From Macrostomum lignano (Eukaryota), in the NCBI GenBank assembly GCA_002269645.1, contig NIVC01002410.1:48800-112799 (forward strand): a stretch of 64,000 nucleotides of DNA, given 5' to 3'. Positions 1 to 13,559 of this stretch are shown here, in pieces. The number at the start of each line of letters is the position of its first letter. Within the stretch, counting starts at the first letter, position 1. Position numbers and translations under genes: made by a program. Under the pieces are notes generated by a model, which saw only the letters and a list, made by a program, of their open reading frames with translations, did not search any database and had not been told where the DNA came from.

Positions 1-631
1 CGTTTGCCTAAAAATAGCTTGGCAAGATTGGTGGAGAGACCTTACACTTTCTGCAATCGGAATTACAGAACCAATTTTTGGGGCTGAATAAATAGTTTTT
101 TAACACTGGCACTGGCACGAGTTTCATTAGAAAATTTGCAGAATTTCAATATTTATGCAGCAGTAAAAAATCTCGAAAAAATTCCGCTAGAAATTTTTGA
201 TCGTTGTCTGCTATTAAAATGCTATTGTGTATTATCAGAGTTCTTTATTAAATAAAAGATGGTAAGACTGTAAAGCATTCTTAAAATTATTTCTTTGTGC
301 AAGATTGAGCAATCTGCACCTGCTATTTTAATTTCAAAGTCTCGTTTTTTCAATTTTGGTATAAAATTATTTGGCTGATTTTGCTGATTTTGCTGCCTCC
401 GCATTTAATTGGTGATTTCTCAGCGACTCAGCTGCTTTCTCTGCGCTCTTTCTTAAGCTTATCCCTCTGTTTCCATCCACTTCCATATAGGCCATTTAAA
501 TACTAGGTACGTGCATGCGTCAAATACATATAGAGGTGAAAAATTTATGTATTTTTGTCTGTATTTTCTAGTATGTGCGTATTTTTAAGAACTTATTACT
601 AAGAATTTATTACTATTAACGGTAGGATAAC

Positions 632-980
632 GGGTCCGTAGCCCAGTGGTCTAGCGCAGGCTCTGATGTCCCAGCGGCCCAGGCTCGATTCCAAGTGCAG
701 TCGCATTAATTTGTGGCTAAATTGGAATCTCGGCTTGACTCTGCTCGTGCAATTAACGCCCTTGAGGGCCAACCCCCAAGGCACAGTGAAGTGTACATGC
801 CTAACGATAAATAAAGTTAGGGCCGCTGTGTGTGTGTGCCTGTGCGTGTCACTGCGTACGTATCCGCGCGCTTGTGTGCCTGCTCAGGGGAGTCGGCGGA
901 ATGGGCAGCAATGCCTCTCGCCGGTTGTGTGCCTATGTCGCTTAAAGTGCAAACACCTATTTGGGATGCCTTAAGGCCTA
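632..980 (+). mobile_element. tRNA-derived SINE, family A, copy 1
   Basis: A box TAGCCCAGTGG, B box GGCTCGATTCC (682-692), central TGAGGGCCAACCC..AAGGCACAG..GTGTACATGCCT shared with 28680-28920, 31699-32010 and 34085-34180. Confidence 0.75.
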
Positions 981-1539
981 ATAAAGACAACAGACAAGAG
1001 AGGACACAGAAAACTCATTTCGTTTTTTCTTCTTCAAATTTGTCAGCCCGCCAGTGTCCTTTGTGAATTGCTGCCGCAAGGATCCAGCGCTTTTAAGCTG
1101 GGTTCTACTCTAGTGTGCGTGTCTGGCTTTGCTCCACTCGTATATCAAATAAGACTCTCATTTGTCAAGGTGTGATGCGTGTTAAATTATTGAACAAAAG
1201 AGGGCAAATTTTCAAATCAAGAAAAAATTGCTTTTGTGTCTTTCTGCCTATCTGTCTGTAAGCTATCGTGGCTTTTCAATATTGAAATAGTTTATTGCAT
1301 TACATTCTGGGCAGCAATCCATAAGCAGATTAGTGAAGTCTCGTTTCCAATCCAGAATTAATTCCTAATCTGTTTGTTGTCCAGGAATCTGTTCAGGCGC
1401 AGATTTTAATTTAAAAAATGTCTGGTCGCCTCTGATAACCTTTCCCTGATTTTGTTTTCGTTAATAAAGGGCCTCGTGTAATTTCTGTGATCCTGCGAGT
1501 ATTGAACACCGCCCTTTTGTCTCTCTTATTAATTTCCAG

Positions 1540-4500
1540 GTGCCTTCGCATCAATCCAAAAGGCTTAGACGAGGAGAGCAAGGACTACCTGTCGCTGTAC
1601 CTTCTGCTAGTCAGTTGCGGCAGTAAAAATGAAGTACGCGCCAAATTTAAATTCTCTTTATTAAATGCCAAACGCGAGGAGACTAAAGCCATGGGTGAGT
1701 TTGGCCCACTTACTGCCCCATACTCCTAAGCCAGCTCATAATTTGTTTGAGAAAGAAACTCTTTAATCTGTTTACAACAGAGAGCCAGCGAGCCTACCGA
1801 TTCATCCAGGGCAAAGATTGGGGCTTCAAGAAGTTTATCCGGCGCGACTTCCTTATGGACGAAACTAATGGCCTGTTGCCGGACGATCGGCTGACCATTC
1901 ACTGCGAGGTGAGCTGGGGATTGGAGCGGGAGATTGGGAAGTGGAGCGGGAGATTGGGAAGTGGAGCGGGAGATTGGGAAGTGGAGCGGGAGATTGGGAA
2001 GTGGAGCGGGAGATTGGAAAGTAAGTAGAGTGGGAGATTGGGAAGTGGAGCGGGAGATTAGGAAATGGAGTGGGAGATTGGGAAGTAGAGCGGGAGATTG
2101 GGAAGTAGAAGGGGAGATTGGGAAGTGGAGCGGGAGATTGGGAAGTGGAGCGGGAGATTGGGAAGTAGAGCGGGAGATTAGGGAAGTAGAGTGGGAGATT
2201 GGGAAGTGGAGCGAGAGATTGGGAAGTAAAGCGAGAGATTGGGAAGTGCAGTTGGAGATTTGGATTGGAAGTAAAGCGGGGATTAGGAAGTAAAGTTAAT
2301 GGATTGTAAAGTAGAGTCGAGGATTAGGAAGATCTGGAGAGCGGGATAGTAGTGATAGAGTAGGATAGTAGAGTGATAGAGTAGGATAGTAGAGTGATAG
2401 AGTAGGATAGTAGAGTGATAGAGTAGGATAGTAGTGGTAGAGTGGGATGTTTCAGAGGGGAGAGCAAAGTCGCATAGAAGATTGGACGGAAAGTGTCGCT
2501 AGTTGGCGGTCAGAAGATTGGACGGAAAGTGTCGCTAGTGGGCGGTCCGAAGATTGGACGGAAAGTGTCGCTAGTGGGCGGTCAGAAGATTGGACGGAAA
2601 GTGTCGCTAGTGGGCGGTCAGAAGATTGGACGGAAAGTGTCGCTAGTTGGCGGTCAGAAGATTGGACGGAAAGTGTCGCTAGTTGGCGGTCAGAAGATTG
2701 GACGGAAAGTGTCGCTAGTTGGCGGTCAGAAAACGAGCTTAGCCGCGGGAGAAAACGAATAGAAAATCAATTTCTGTGCTCGTTGAACGCACAAACGCGG
2801 GATAAAATTGTAAAAAAGAAAATTTAGTGCGCAGCGCAGCTGCTATTGTAAGTGCGACATTCATTTATGCAACCTGCGCAGTAAATAGTTGTCTGTTATA
2901 TAATAATTATACATATATAATCTCCTTTCTGCGCATTCCCAGCCTGCACCGCATTAGCATTCCTTTATACGAGACCCCCATAAACCCAACGGTGCAACTC
3001 CTCTATTCAGCTAATTCAGCTCAAGTGCACAGTAATAATATATTCATAATATGCATAAACATGCTTATAACTACTCGTAAATAGGTCAATAATAATAAAT
3101 TGCGCCGGTGCACTGGCCTGGCTGTAACGAAGTTTATTGCGCTTGCCGCATCTGCTTTGTTCAGTGTTTTTTTTAAATTAGCGCGATTATTCAAATCGCC
3201 GTGAAGTATTGTTAAAGACGTAAAAAGTATAGAAAGACCCCGATGTCTAGTTTGTGCAGGGTCTAGATTGTAAAGATTCTAGATTGTGAGTATTCTAGAT
3301 TGTGAAGATTTTAGATTGTGAAGATTCTAGATTGTGAAGATTCTAGATTGTAAAGATTCTAGATTGTGAGTATTCTAGATTGTGAAGATTCTAGATTGTA
3401 AAGATTCTAGATTGTGAAGATTCTAGTTTGTGAAGATTCTAGATTGTGAAGATTCTAGATGGTGAAGATTCTAGATTGTGAAGATTCTAGTTTGTGAAGA
3501 TTATAGATTGTAAAGATTCTAGATTGTGAAGATTCTAGATTGTGAAGATTCTAGTTTGTGAAGATTCTAGATTGTAAAGATTCTAGATTATGAAGATTCT
3601 AGATTGTGAAGATTCTAGTTTGTGAAGATTCTAGATTGTGAGGATTCTAGATTGTGAAGATTCTAGATTGTGAAGATTCTAGATTGTGAAGATTCTAGTT
3701 TGTGAAGATTCTAGATTGTGAAGATTCTAGATGGTGAAGATTCTAGATTGTGAAGATTCTAGTTTGTGAAGATTATAGATTGTAAAGATTCTAGATTGTG
3801 AGGATTCTAGATTGTGAAGATTCTAGATTGTGAAGATTCTAGATTGTGAAGATTCTAGTTTGTGAAGATTCTAGTTTGTGAAGATTCTAGATTGTGAAGA
3901 TTCTAGATTGTGAAGATTCTAGATTGTGAAGATAAGATTGTGAAGATTCTAGTTTGTGAAGATTCTAGATTGTGAAGATTCTAGATTGTGAAGATTCTAG
4001 TTTGTGAAGATTCTAGATTGTGAAGATTCTAGATTGTGAAGATTCTAGTTTGTGAAGATTCTAGATTGTGAAGATTCTAGATTGTGAAGATTCTAGTTTG
4101 TGAAGATTCTAGATTGTGAAGATTCTAGTTTGTGAAGATTCTAGATTGTGAAGATTCTAGTTTGTGAAGATTCTAGATTGTGAAGATTCTAGATTGTGAA
4201 GATTCTAGTTTGTGAAGATTCTAGTTTGTGAAGATTCTAGATTGTGAAGATTCTAGTTTGTGAAGATTCTAGATTGAAAAAATTCTAGATTGTAAAGATT
4301 CTAGATTGTGAAGATTCTAGATTGTGAAGATTCTAGTTTGTGAAGATTTTAGATGGTGAAGATTCTAGTTTGTGAAGATTCTAGATTGTGAAGATTCTAG
4401 TTTGTGGAGATTCTAGTTTGTGAAGATTATAGATTGTGAAGATTCTAGATTGTGAAGATTCTAGTTTGTTAAGATTATAGTTTGTGAAGATTCTAGTTTG

Positions 4501-7500
4501 TGGAGATTCTAGTTTGTAAAGATTATAGATTGTGAAGATTCTAGATGGTGAAGATTCTAGTTTGTGAAGATTCTAGATGGTGAAGATTCTAGTTTGTGAA
4601 GATTCTAGATTGTGAAGATTCTAGATGGTGAAGATTCTAGTTTGTGAAGATTATAGATTGTGAAGATTCTAGTTTGTGAAGATTATAGATTGTGAAGATT
4701 CTAGATGTGAAGATTCTAGTTTGTGAAGATTCTAGATTGTGAAGATTCTAGATTGTGAAGATTCTAGATGGTGAAGATTCTAGATTGTGAAGATTCTAGT
4801 TTGTGAAGATTATAGATTGTGAAGATTCTAGATGGTGAAGATTCTAGTTTGTTAAGATTATAGTTTGTGAAGATTCTAGTTTGTGGAGATTCTAGTTTGT
4901 AAAGATTATAGATTGTGAAGATTCTAGATGGTGAAGATTCTAGTTTGTGAAGATTCTAGATGTGAAGATTCTAGATTGTGAAGATTCTAGTTTGTGAAGA
5001 TTATAGATTGTGAAGATTCTAGATTGTGAAGATTCTAGATTGTGAAGATTCTAGATTGTGAAGATTCTAGTTTGTGAAGATTCTAGATTGTGAAGATTCT
5101 AGTTTGTGAAGATTATAGATTGGGAAGATTCTAGTTTGTGAAGATTATAGATTGTGAAGATTCTAGATTGTGAAGATTCTAGATTATGAAGATTCTAGAT
5201 TGTGAAGATTCTAGATTGTGAAGATTCTAGTTTGTGAAGATTCTAGATTGTGAAGATTCTAGTTTGTGAATATTCTAGTTTGTGAATATTCTAGATTGTG
5301 AAGATTCTAGATTGAGAAGATTCTAAATAGTAAAGATTCTAAATCGTGAAGATTCTAGATTGTGAAGATTCTAGTTTGTGAAGATTCTAGATTGTGAAGA
5401 TTCTAGTTTGTGAAGATTCTAGATTGTGAAGATTCTAAATCGTGAAGATTCTAAATCGTGAAGATTCTAGATTGTGAAGATTCTAAATCGTGAAGGTTCT
5501 AAATCGTGAAGATTCTTGATTGTGAAGATTCTAAATCGTGAAGATTCTAGATTGTGAAGATTCTAAATCGTGAAGATTCTAAATCGTGAAGATTCTAGAT
5601 TGTGAAGATTCTAAATCGTGAAGATTCTAAATCGTGAAGATTCTAGATTGTGAAGATTCTAAATCGTGAAGATTCTAGATTGTGAAGATTCTAAATCGTG
5701 AAGATTCTAAATCGTGAAGATTCTAGATTGTGAAGATTCTAAATCGTGAAGATTCTAAATCGTGAAGATTCTAGATTGTGAAGATTCTAAATCGTGAAGA
5801 TTCTAGATTGTGAACATTCAGGATTGTGAACATTCTGTAGTTTGTGAAGTGGGAATTAAAATTGCTAGGATTTACTAAAAGCACTCTGTTGTACTTTACC
5901 GTACTCGACTATATGCTCATTACTAATTCATTGAATTTGTTCTGCTAGCGCCTTAGATTAAATTCAATACAGTATTGGGAACTGAGTCTCTGTAGCTGAA
6001 ATTTTAGCTATACTGTATAGGTATGTGATTTTAACTGGCTTGTAAGTCTTTTTGTTTTTCATTTCTGTTGCGTCGTGCAGGTGTCGGTGGTAGGCGAGAC
6101 GCAGAACGTCTCCGGCCAGTCGAACGCCCAGCCAGTCCGCGTGCCAGACTGCCGCCTAGCCGAGGAGCTGTCCCAGCTGCTTGAGCGCGGCCTTCACGCC
6201 GATGTTGCCCTGTGCGTTGGCGCCAACGGCGCCGAATTGCGCGCCCACAAATCGGTGCTGTCGGCTCGGTCGCCAGTGTTTCAGGTAAGCTTGAGTATTC
6301 TATAGCGTCTGATGTTTGTGCTTTTAAGTTGCTCTTCTGGTCTCTCTTCTCTATTTATCCAGCATACTAAAATGAAATGTTTCTATCCATCTAGGCAGGT
6401 ATGCGACTCATTTTTTAGAACAAATGGGCTCAACTGATTTTCAAAAAAACTATTGCACCGTTCCATCAGGAATTTTCTGGTTTCGGTATTCTCTGTTTCC
6501 TCTATATCTCCCCTGTGTCCTCTATATCTCCCCTGTGTCCTCTATATCTCCCCTGTGTCCTCTATATCTCCCCTGTGTCCTCTATATCTCCCCTGTGTCC
6601 TCTATATCTCCCCTGTGTCCTCTATATCTCCCCTGTGTCCTCTATATCTCCCCTGTGTCCTCTATATCTCCCCTGTGTCCTCTATATCTCCCCTGTGTCC
6701 TCTATATCTCCCCTGTGTCCTCTATATCTCCCCTGTGTCCTCTATATCTCCCTTGTGTCCTCTATATCTCCCCTGTGTCCTCTATATCTCCCTTGTGTCT
6801 TCTATATCTCCCCTGTGTCCTCTATATCTCCCCTGTGTCCTCTATATCTCCCCTGTGTCCTCTATATCTCCCTTGTGTCCTCTATATCTCCCCTGTGTCC
6901 TCTATATCTCCCCTGTGTCCTCTATATCTCCCCTGTGTCCTCTATATCTCCCCTGTTTCCTCTATATCTCCCCTGTGTCCTCTATATCTCCCCTGTGTCC
7001 TCTATATCTTCCTTGTGTCCTCTATATCTCCCCTGTGTCCTCTATATCTCCCCTGTGTCCTCTATATCTCCCCTGTGTCCTCTATATCTCCCCTGTGTCC
7101 TCTATATCTCCCATGTGTCCTCTGGTATCTCCCCTGTGTCCTCTATATCTCCCTGTGTCCTCTATATCTCCCTTGTGTCCTCTATATCTCCCCTGTGTCC
7201 TCTATATCTCCCTTGTGTCCTCTATATCTCCCCTGTGTCCTCTATATCTCCCCTGTGTCCTCTATATCTTCCTTGTGTCCTCTATATCTCCCCTGTGTCC
7301 TCTATATCTCCCCTGTGTCCTCTATATCTCCTCTGTGTCCTCTATATCTCCCTTGTGTCCTCTATATCTCCCCTGTGTCCTCTATATCTCCCCTGTGTCC
7401 TCTATATCTCCCCTGTGTCCTCTATATCTCCCTTGTGTCCTCTATATCTCCCCTGTGTCCTCTATATCTTCTCTGTGTCCTCTATATCTCCCCTGTGTCC

Positions 7501-10500
7501 TCTATATCTCCCTTGTGTCCTCTATATCTCCCCTGTGACCTCTATATCTCCTCTGTGTCCTCTATATCTCCCATGTCTCCTCTATATCTCCCCTGTGTCC
7601 TCTATATCTCCCCTGTGTCCTTTATATCTCCCCTGTGTCCTCTATATCTCCCTTGTGTCCTCTATATCTCCCCTGTGTCCTCTATATCTCCCCTGTGTCC
7701 TCTATATCTCCCCTGTGTCCTCTATATCTCCCCTGTGTCCTCTATATCTCCCTTGTGTCCTCTATATCTCCCCTGTGTCCTCTATATCTCCCTTGTGTCC
7801 TCTATATCTCCCTTGTGTCCTCTATATCTCCCCTGTGTCCTCTATATCTCCCCTGTGTCCTCTATATCTCCCCTGTGTCCTCTATATCTCCCCTGTGTCC
7901 TCTATATCTCCCTTGTGTCCTCTATATCTCCCCTGTGTCCTCTATATCTCCCTTGTGTCCTCTATATCTCCCCTGTGTCCTCTATATCTCCCCTGTGTCC
8001 TCTATATCTCCCCTGTGTCCTCTATATCTCCCCTGTGACCTCTATATCTCCCCTGTGTCCCCTATTATCTCCCCTGTGTCCCCTATTATCTCCCCTGTGT
8101 CTCCTATTATCTCCCCTGTGTCCCCTATTATCTTCCCTGTGTCCCCTATTATCTTCCCTGTGTCGTCTTTCATCTCCTGTGTCCCCTATTATCTCCCATG
8201 TCCTCTATATCTCCCCTGTGTTCTCTATTATCTCCCCTGTGTCCCCTATTATCTCCCCTGTGTCCTCTATATCTCCCCCTGTGTCCCCTATTATCTCCCT
8301 GGCCCTGTGTCCTCTATATTTCCCATGTCTCCTCTATATCTCGCATGTGTCCTCTATATCTCCCCTGTGTCCTCTATATCTCCCCTGTGTCCCCTATTAT
8401 CTCCCCTGTGTCCTCTATATCTCCCCTGTGACCTCTATATCTCCCCTGTGTCCCCTATTATCTCCCCTGTGTCCCCTATTATCTCCCCTGTGTCTCCTAT
8501 TATCTCCCCTGTGTCCCCTATTATCTTCCCTGTGTCCCCTATTATCTTCCCTGTGTCGTCTTTCATCTCCTGTGTCCCCTATTATCTCCCCTGTGTCCTC
8601 TATATCTCCCCCTGTGTCCCCTATTATCTCCCTGGCCCTGTGTCCTCTATATTTCCCATGTCTCCTCTATATCTCGCATGTGTCCTCTATATCTCCCCTG
8701 TGTCCTCTATATCTCCCCTGTGTCCCCTATTATCTCCCCTGTGTCTCCTATTATCTCCCCCTGTGTCCCCTATTATCTTCCCTGTGTCCTCTATTATCTC
8801 CTGTGTCCTCTATATCCCCCTGTGTCTTCTATATCTCTCCTCTCCTATATCTCCCCTTCTATTTCTCCCAGTCCTTTCTCACCTATCTGTCCACTCTTCT
8901 ATCTGTCATTTTCCTATCAATAGCAATCCGACTATCTTGCGATAGTAGCCGTCATCAATGAGCTTCAGTTATCTAGCGTGATAGTGTATTTAATAAAGGC
9001 ATCATCTCCTACAGGCCATGTTTGAGCACCAAATGGAGGAGAGCCGAGCAAATCGCGTCGAAGTGCCGGACCTGGACGAGGACACGATGCGCGAGGTGCT
9101 GCGCTACCTGTACACTGGCCGGGCGCCCAACCTGTCCAATATGGCCGACAGTTTGCTAGCCGCGGCGGACAAGTACCAGCTGGACAGGCTCAAGGTGAGA
9201 ATGCCAGGGCCTGTTTCAGCAGTTCAATATTAAGCTTTAAATAGGCTTTGTTGAAGCCTATTGTATGCAAAATATTTTTAGCCAAGCTTTCTTTTTCATG
9301 CAAGATTTCACGGTAAAAAATAGCGTACTAGATAATTGCGACCGAGATAAGCCTCAACTTCCCTAACTTTTATTTTTGAATATTGCCTGTCCTAGATTTT
9401 TTGTACTGCTTTCTTATATAGTGTTACTATTCATAGCGATTTGGGCAGGAAAACAAGGTTTAATATTAGAAGTTCAAAATCAGTCTACTAAAATCTGACA
9501 TCTCAAGCTACCAATCTGACATTTCCAGCTACTAATCTGACATCTCAAGCTACTAATCTGACATTTCAAGCTATTGATCTGACATTCCAGCTACTAATCT
9601 GACATTTCAAGCTATTGATCTGACATTTCCAGCTACTAATCTGACATTTCAAGCTATTGATCTGACATTTCCAGCTACTAATCTGACATCTCAAGCTACT
9701 AAACTGACATTTCCAGCTACTAATCTGACATCTCAAACTACTAATCTGACATCTCAAGCTACTAATCTGACATTTCCGGCTACTAATCTGACATTTCCGG
9801 CTACTAATCTGACATTTCCAGCTACTAATCTGGCATTTCCAGCTACTAAACTGACATTTCCAGCTACTAATCTGACATTTCAAGCTATTGATCTGACATT
9901 TCCAGCTACTAATCTGACATCTCAAGCTACTAAACTGACATTTCCAGCTACTAATCTGACATCTCAAACTACTAATCTGACATCTCAAACTACTAACCTG
10001 ACATTTCCGGCTACTAATCTGACATTTCCAGCTACTAATCTGACATTTCAAGCTACTAATCTGACATTTCCAGCTATTGATCTGACATTTCCAGCTACTA
10101 ATCTGACATTTCCAGCTACTAATCTGACATTTCAAGCTACTAATCTGACATTTCCAGCTACTAATCTGACATTTCCAGCTACTAATTTGACATCTCAAGC
10201 TATTGATCTGACATTTCCAGCTACTAATCTGACATCTCAAGCTATTGATCTGACATTTCCAGCTACTAATCTGACATCTCAAGCTATTGATCTGACATTT
10301 CCAGCTACTAATCTGACATCTCAAGCTATTGATCTGACATTTCAAACTACTAATCTGACATCTCAAACTACTAATCTGACATCTCAAACTACTAATCTGA
10401 CACCTCAAACTACTAATCTGAAATTTCCAGCTACTAATCTGACATTTTGGCTTCCAAAATCCATTTCATATTGAATTTCAGGTGATGTGCGAAGAGTCTT

Positions 10501-10754
10501 TAGCTGCCAGCCTCACAGTTGAGAACACGTGCGACTGCCTAGTGCTGGCCGACTTGCACTCCGCCGAGCAGCTCAGGCAGCACGCCTGCGACTACCTGCT
10601 GGGCCACGCCAACGAAGTGACGGAGTCAGCCGGCTGGGCCCAGATGGTCCGGCGCCAGCCGCACCTGGTTGCCGAGGCCTTTAAAGCCCTGGCTATGCAA
10701 GCCACGCCGCCGCTTGGTCCGCCTAGGAAGCGGCCGAAACCACAGCAGCCGTGA
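1540..10754 (+). CDS. SPOP: Speckle-type POZ protein (MATH-BTB-BACK Cul3 adaptor), 5' exons lie upstream of the window. Exons 1540-1694, 1781-1908, 6081-6284, 9015-9194, 10482-10754
   Basis: Spliced translation [26 protein letters not shown]...[25 protein letters not shown]...[13 protein letters not shown]|[10 protein letters not shown]...[14 protein letters not shown]|VMCEE...GPPRKRPK closely matches SPOP as recalled. All introns are GT-AG with consistent phases, and the C-terminal NLS is present. Confidence 0.97.
1915..2295. repeat. 20-bp minisatellite GGGAGATTGGGAAGTGGAGC
   Basis: Begins a few bases after the SPOP donor at 1909. Confidence 0.95.
2343..2730. repeat. 21-bp array (2343-2447) and 36-bp array AGAAGATTGGACGGAAAGTGTCGCTAGTTGGCGGTC (2476-2730)
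   Basis: Direct inspection. Confidence 0.9.
3260..5845. repeat. 16-bp minisatellite GTGAAGATTCTAG(A/T)TT with AAATC variants at the 3' end
   Basis: About 2.6 kb array in SPOP intron. Confidence 0.97.
6495..8850. repeat. 20-bp minisatellite TGTCCTCTATATCTCCCCTG
   Basis: Source of the spurious 845/507/436-aa ORFs. Confidence 0.97.
9490..10445. repeat. 21-bp minisatellite AATCTGACATTTCCAGCTACT
   Basis: Last SPOP intron. Confidence 0.97.
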
Positions 10755-11019
10755 ATGGCTAACAATTGAAATCGCAGTTTTATCACACGATAATATATAC
10801 ACGAGACTCATATAATTTTTATCGCTACTCCACGTCTCTTCCATACTTTAAAAGTGCGATTCACACGCTATGCATATCGTTGAGGTTTTGGATGGTAGAC
10901 ACGAGTACACACTGAAGGGTCGGAGAGGCAGATCTGAGATCCAGGTTTGCTAAATGCTGGATTAACTATTCGATATTTCCCTTACTGATCCTCTACTCTG
11001 TTTCTAAACTGCAATCCTA

Positions 11020-11332
11020 GGGGGTTGTAGCCTATAGTGGTTAGAGAGCAACGGACTCACGACTTGAAGGTCGGGGGTTCGATTCCCGATCCCAGTGGAA
11101 CAATTTGTGTCCTTGAGCAAGACACTTAACCCTGCATTTCTTCAGTTCACCCAGCTGTAAAATGGGTGCCAGCATTAGCTGGGGTAATTCAGGGTGTGTG
11201 TGGCGACCCCCCAGTCCTTGGACTGAACAGCCGTACGCAGCCTTCAGATGCGCTGCGCAATAGCTGCGGCTGAGCTGTCGGTTGCACATCTGGCCCAATT
11301 GGGAGCAGGCGTAATCAGTTATTATATTATTG
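11020..11332 (+). mobile_element. tRNA-headed CORE/V-type SINE
   Basis: tRNA-like head with GGTTCGATTCCC B box, then GTGTCCTTGAGCAAGACACTTAACCCT..CAGTT..CTGTAAAATGGG resembling the MIR/CORE domain, and a TTATTATATTAT tail. Confidence 0.8.
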
Positions 11333-12130
11333 TTTTAAACTTCACATTTAATTTCATTTTTCTGCTTTAATACAATTTTTCTGCGCCTGTTTTTTACCGT
11401 CTGTGAAGTGTCAATATGGAGCAAATAGGGGACATTTTTGTTCTTTTGCAGGCACTTCTAGGCCTCAATCAGCTAGAGGCCTAAGTATCCGTTTGTGCGT
11501 ATCGTTACTTTGTCATTTATGTTTAATCCTGAATATGATTTCTAGCTTTCTAGACCTGTTTCATATTGTAATCGAAACAATTGTTGTCCTTTTTTGTAGA
11601 GAGCTCTTTCGTATTCGGATTATTATAGCAAGAATCTGTACTGCACTATTTGTTATTGCATATATTGTTTATTGTGCGAACTCAATTTAATTAAATTTGT
11701 CTTCTATCCGATGTTTTTATGTCCTAAATTCCAGAATTTTGCTTTTCGGCACTTTTTTAAAAGTAATTGAAAATTTTCGGTTCATTTAAAATTGTAACTG
11801 TGAGGCAAAGGCAGTGAGTGCTCTAGTTGCACTTTTTATATTGCAAACTAGATCCTTTGTGTTGCTAGCATACGAGCTGTATTTCATTGTTTATTCACAA
11901 ACGACAGAGAATAAGTGCAAGCATGGCATTTTCCATTGTTTTTTTAGCGACTGTGAATGTTTTCTGTATTTAAACTAGGCGACCGTTTACACAGCTTTGC
12001 TCGTTTCCAATATCTTTCTCGTATGCTGTTGTCGCTTTGTGTATCGAAATAACGAATTTAGACTCTACATTCTCACTGAGGCTTGTCCAAACCCAATCCA
12101 GAGCCAATGCACACTCCTACAGCCCTTTAT

Positions 12131-12790
12131 TGGAGCCGATGTACACTCTTCTAGTCTAGCCTACCCCCTCAGCCCCTTATCGGAGCCAATGTACACTCTT
12201 CTAGTCTAGCCTACCCCCTCAGCCCCTTATCGGAGCCAATGTACACTCTTCTAGTCTAGCCTACCCCCTCGCCCCTTATCGGAGCCAATGTACACTCTTC
12301 TAGTCTAGCCTACCCCCTCAGCCCCTTATCGGAGCCAATGTACACTCTTCTAGCCTAGCCTACCCCCTCAGCCCCTTATCGGAGCCAATGTACACTCTTC
12401 TAGTCTAGCCTACCCCCTCAGCCCCTTATCGGAGCCAATGTACACTCTTCTAGCCTAGCCTACCCCCTCAGCCCCTTATCGGAGCCAATGTACACTCTTC
12501 TAGTCTAGCCTACCCCCTCAGCCCCTTATCGGAGCCAATGTACACTCTTCTAGTCTAGCCTACCCCCTCAGCCCCTTATCGGAGCCAATGTACACTCTTC
12601 TAGTCTAGCCTACCCCCTCAGCCCCTTATCGGAGCCAATGTACACTCTTCTAGTCTAGCCTACCCCTCAGCCCCTTATCGGAGCCAATGTACACTCTTCT
12701 AGTCTAGCCTACCCCCTCGGCCCCTTATCGGAGCCAATGTACACTCTTCTAACCTAGCCTACCCCTCAGCCCCTTTTCAGAGCCAATATA
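12131..12790. repeat. 50-bp tandem repeat GGAGCCAATGTACACTCTTCTAGTCTAGCCTACCCCCTCAGCCCCTTATC
   Basis: About 13 near-identical units, no spacers. Confidence 0.95.
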
Positions 12791-13559
12791 CACTCTCGAA
12801 AAATATTGATAACACTAAGTGCAAGCCAAAGCCAACGCAGATTATGTCAAATGCTTCTATCAGAGAACTATTCATTTGCAAAATAGTTGATTTCGTATTT
12901 AAACAGCGTGCGAAAGCGCTTCATCCTTCTTTGTCCGAGTCAATATTCGTGTTGTTGCTGTTACTATGCTTTTATACATTTGCCTTTTTTGTTGGAAAGA
13001 ATCTGATTCTGTCCTATATTTGTTATAGTTAGCGTTTCTACTGTTGAGTAAAACAAAAGCCGCCATTCAAACGCTGTTAGGCACTCAGTAGTTATTAATT
13101 ATTAACTGCATATATTGTTTCGTTCTGCCGAGTGCAGCTGCTGCGATGTTGTGCAGAGACAAAACAGAAAAATCAGTAAAAAATTGGTTTTATGAATGGC
13201 CTGCATCTTTTGCCTAATTAAGGCAATCAATTTTGTCTAACTTTCAGACTTTTTCATTGTCTTGCATATTTCAATTGAACTGAGTATTATTCAGACGGAG
13301 AATCATGGACTCTTAGAAGCGTTTAAAGATACGCCTGACCTTCAAATATACAAGAATGTATAGGAGAATATACATCGGATAGTTCAGGCTAGGCCAGGGC
13401 TAGTGGCGCAAATTAGTGCCAGCTGTTTTTTTTCTAAATATATTTGGTTTCTTGCTGTAATAATTAGCTTAAATAATATATAAATATAATGTATGCAGTT
13501 AATTAGGGTTAACTCTCAGCTTTGCTAAAGGTAATACAAGGGCTGTCCTAATCAGTTAG

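Noticed and set aside
6424-8961. 845-aa ORF and other long ORFs over arrays (9566, 15326, 19655, 22408, 43701-47930, 50654, 51347, 56060, 58290)
   Set aside because: They are translations of tandem repeats open in several frames or strands, and they lie in introns or spacers defined by the conserved flanking exons.
11020-11095. Functional tRNA gene (also at 632 and 31699)
   Set aside because: There is no convincing acceptor stem or poly-T terminator, and each continues into a SINE body.
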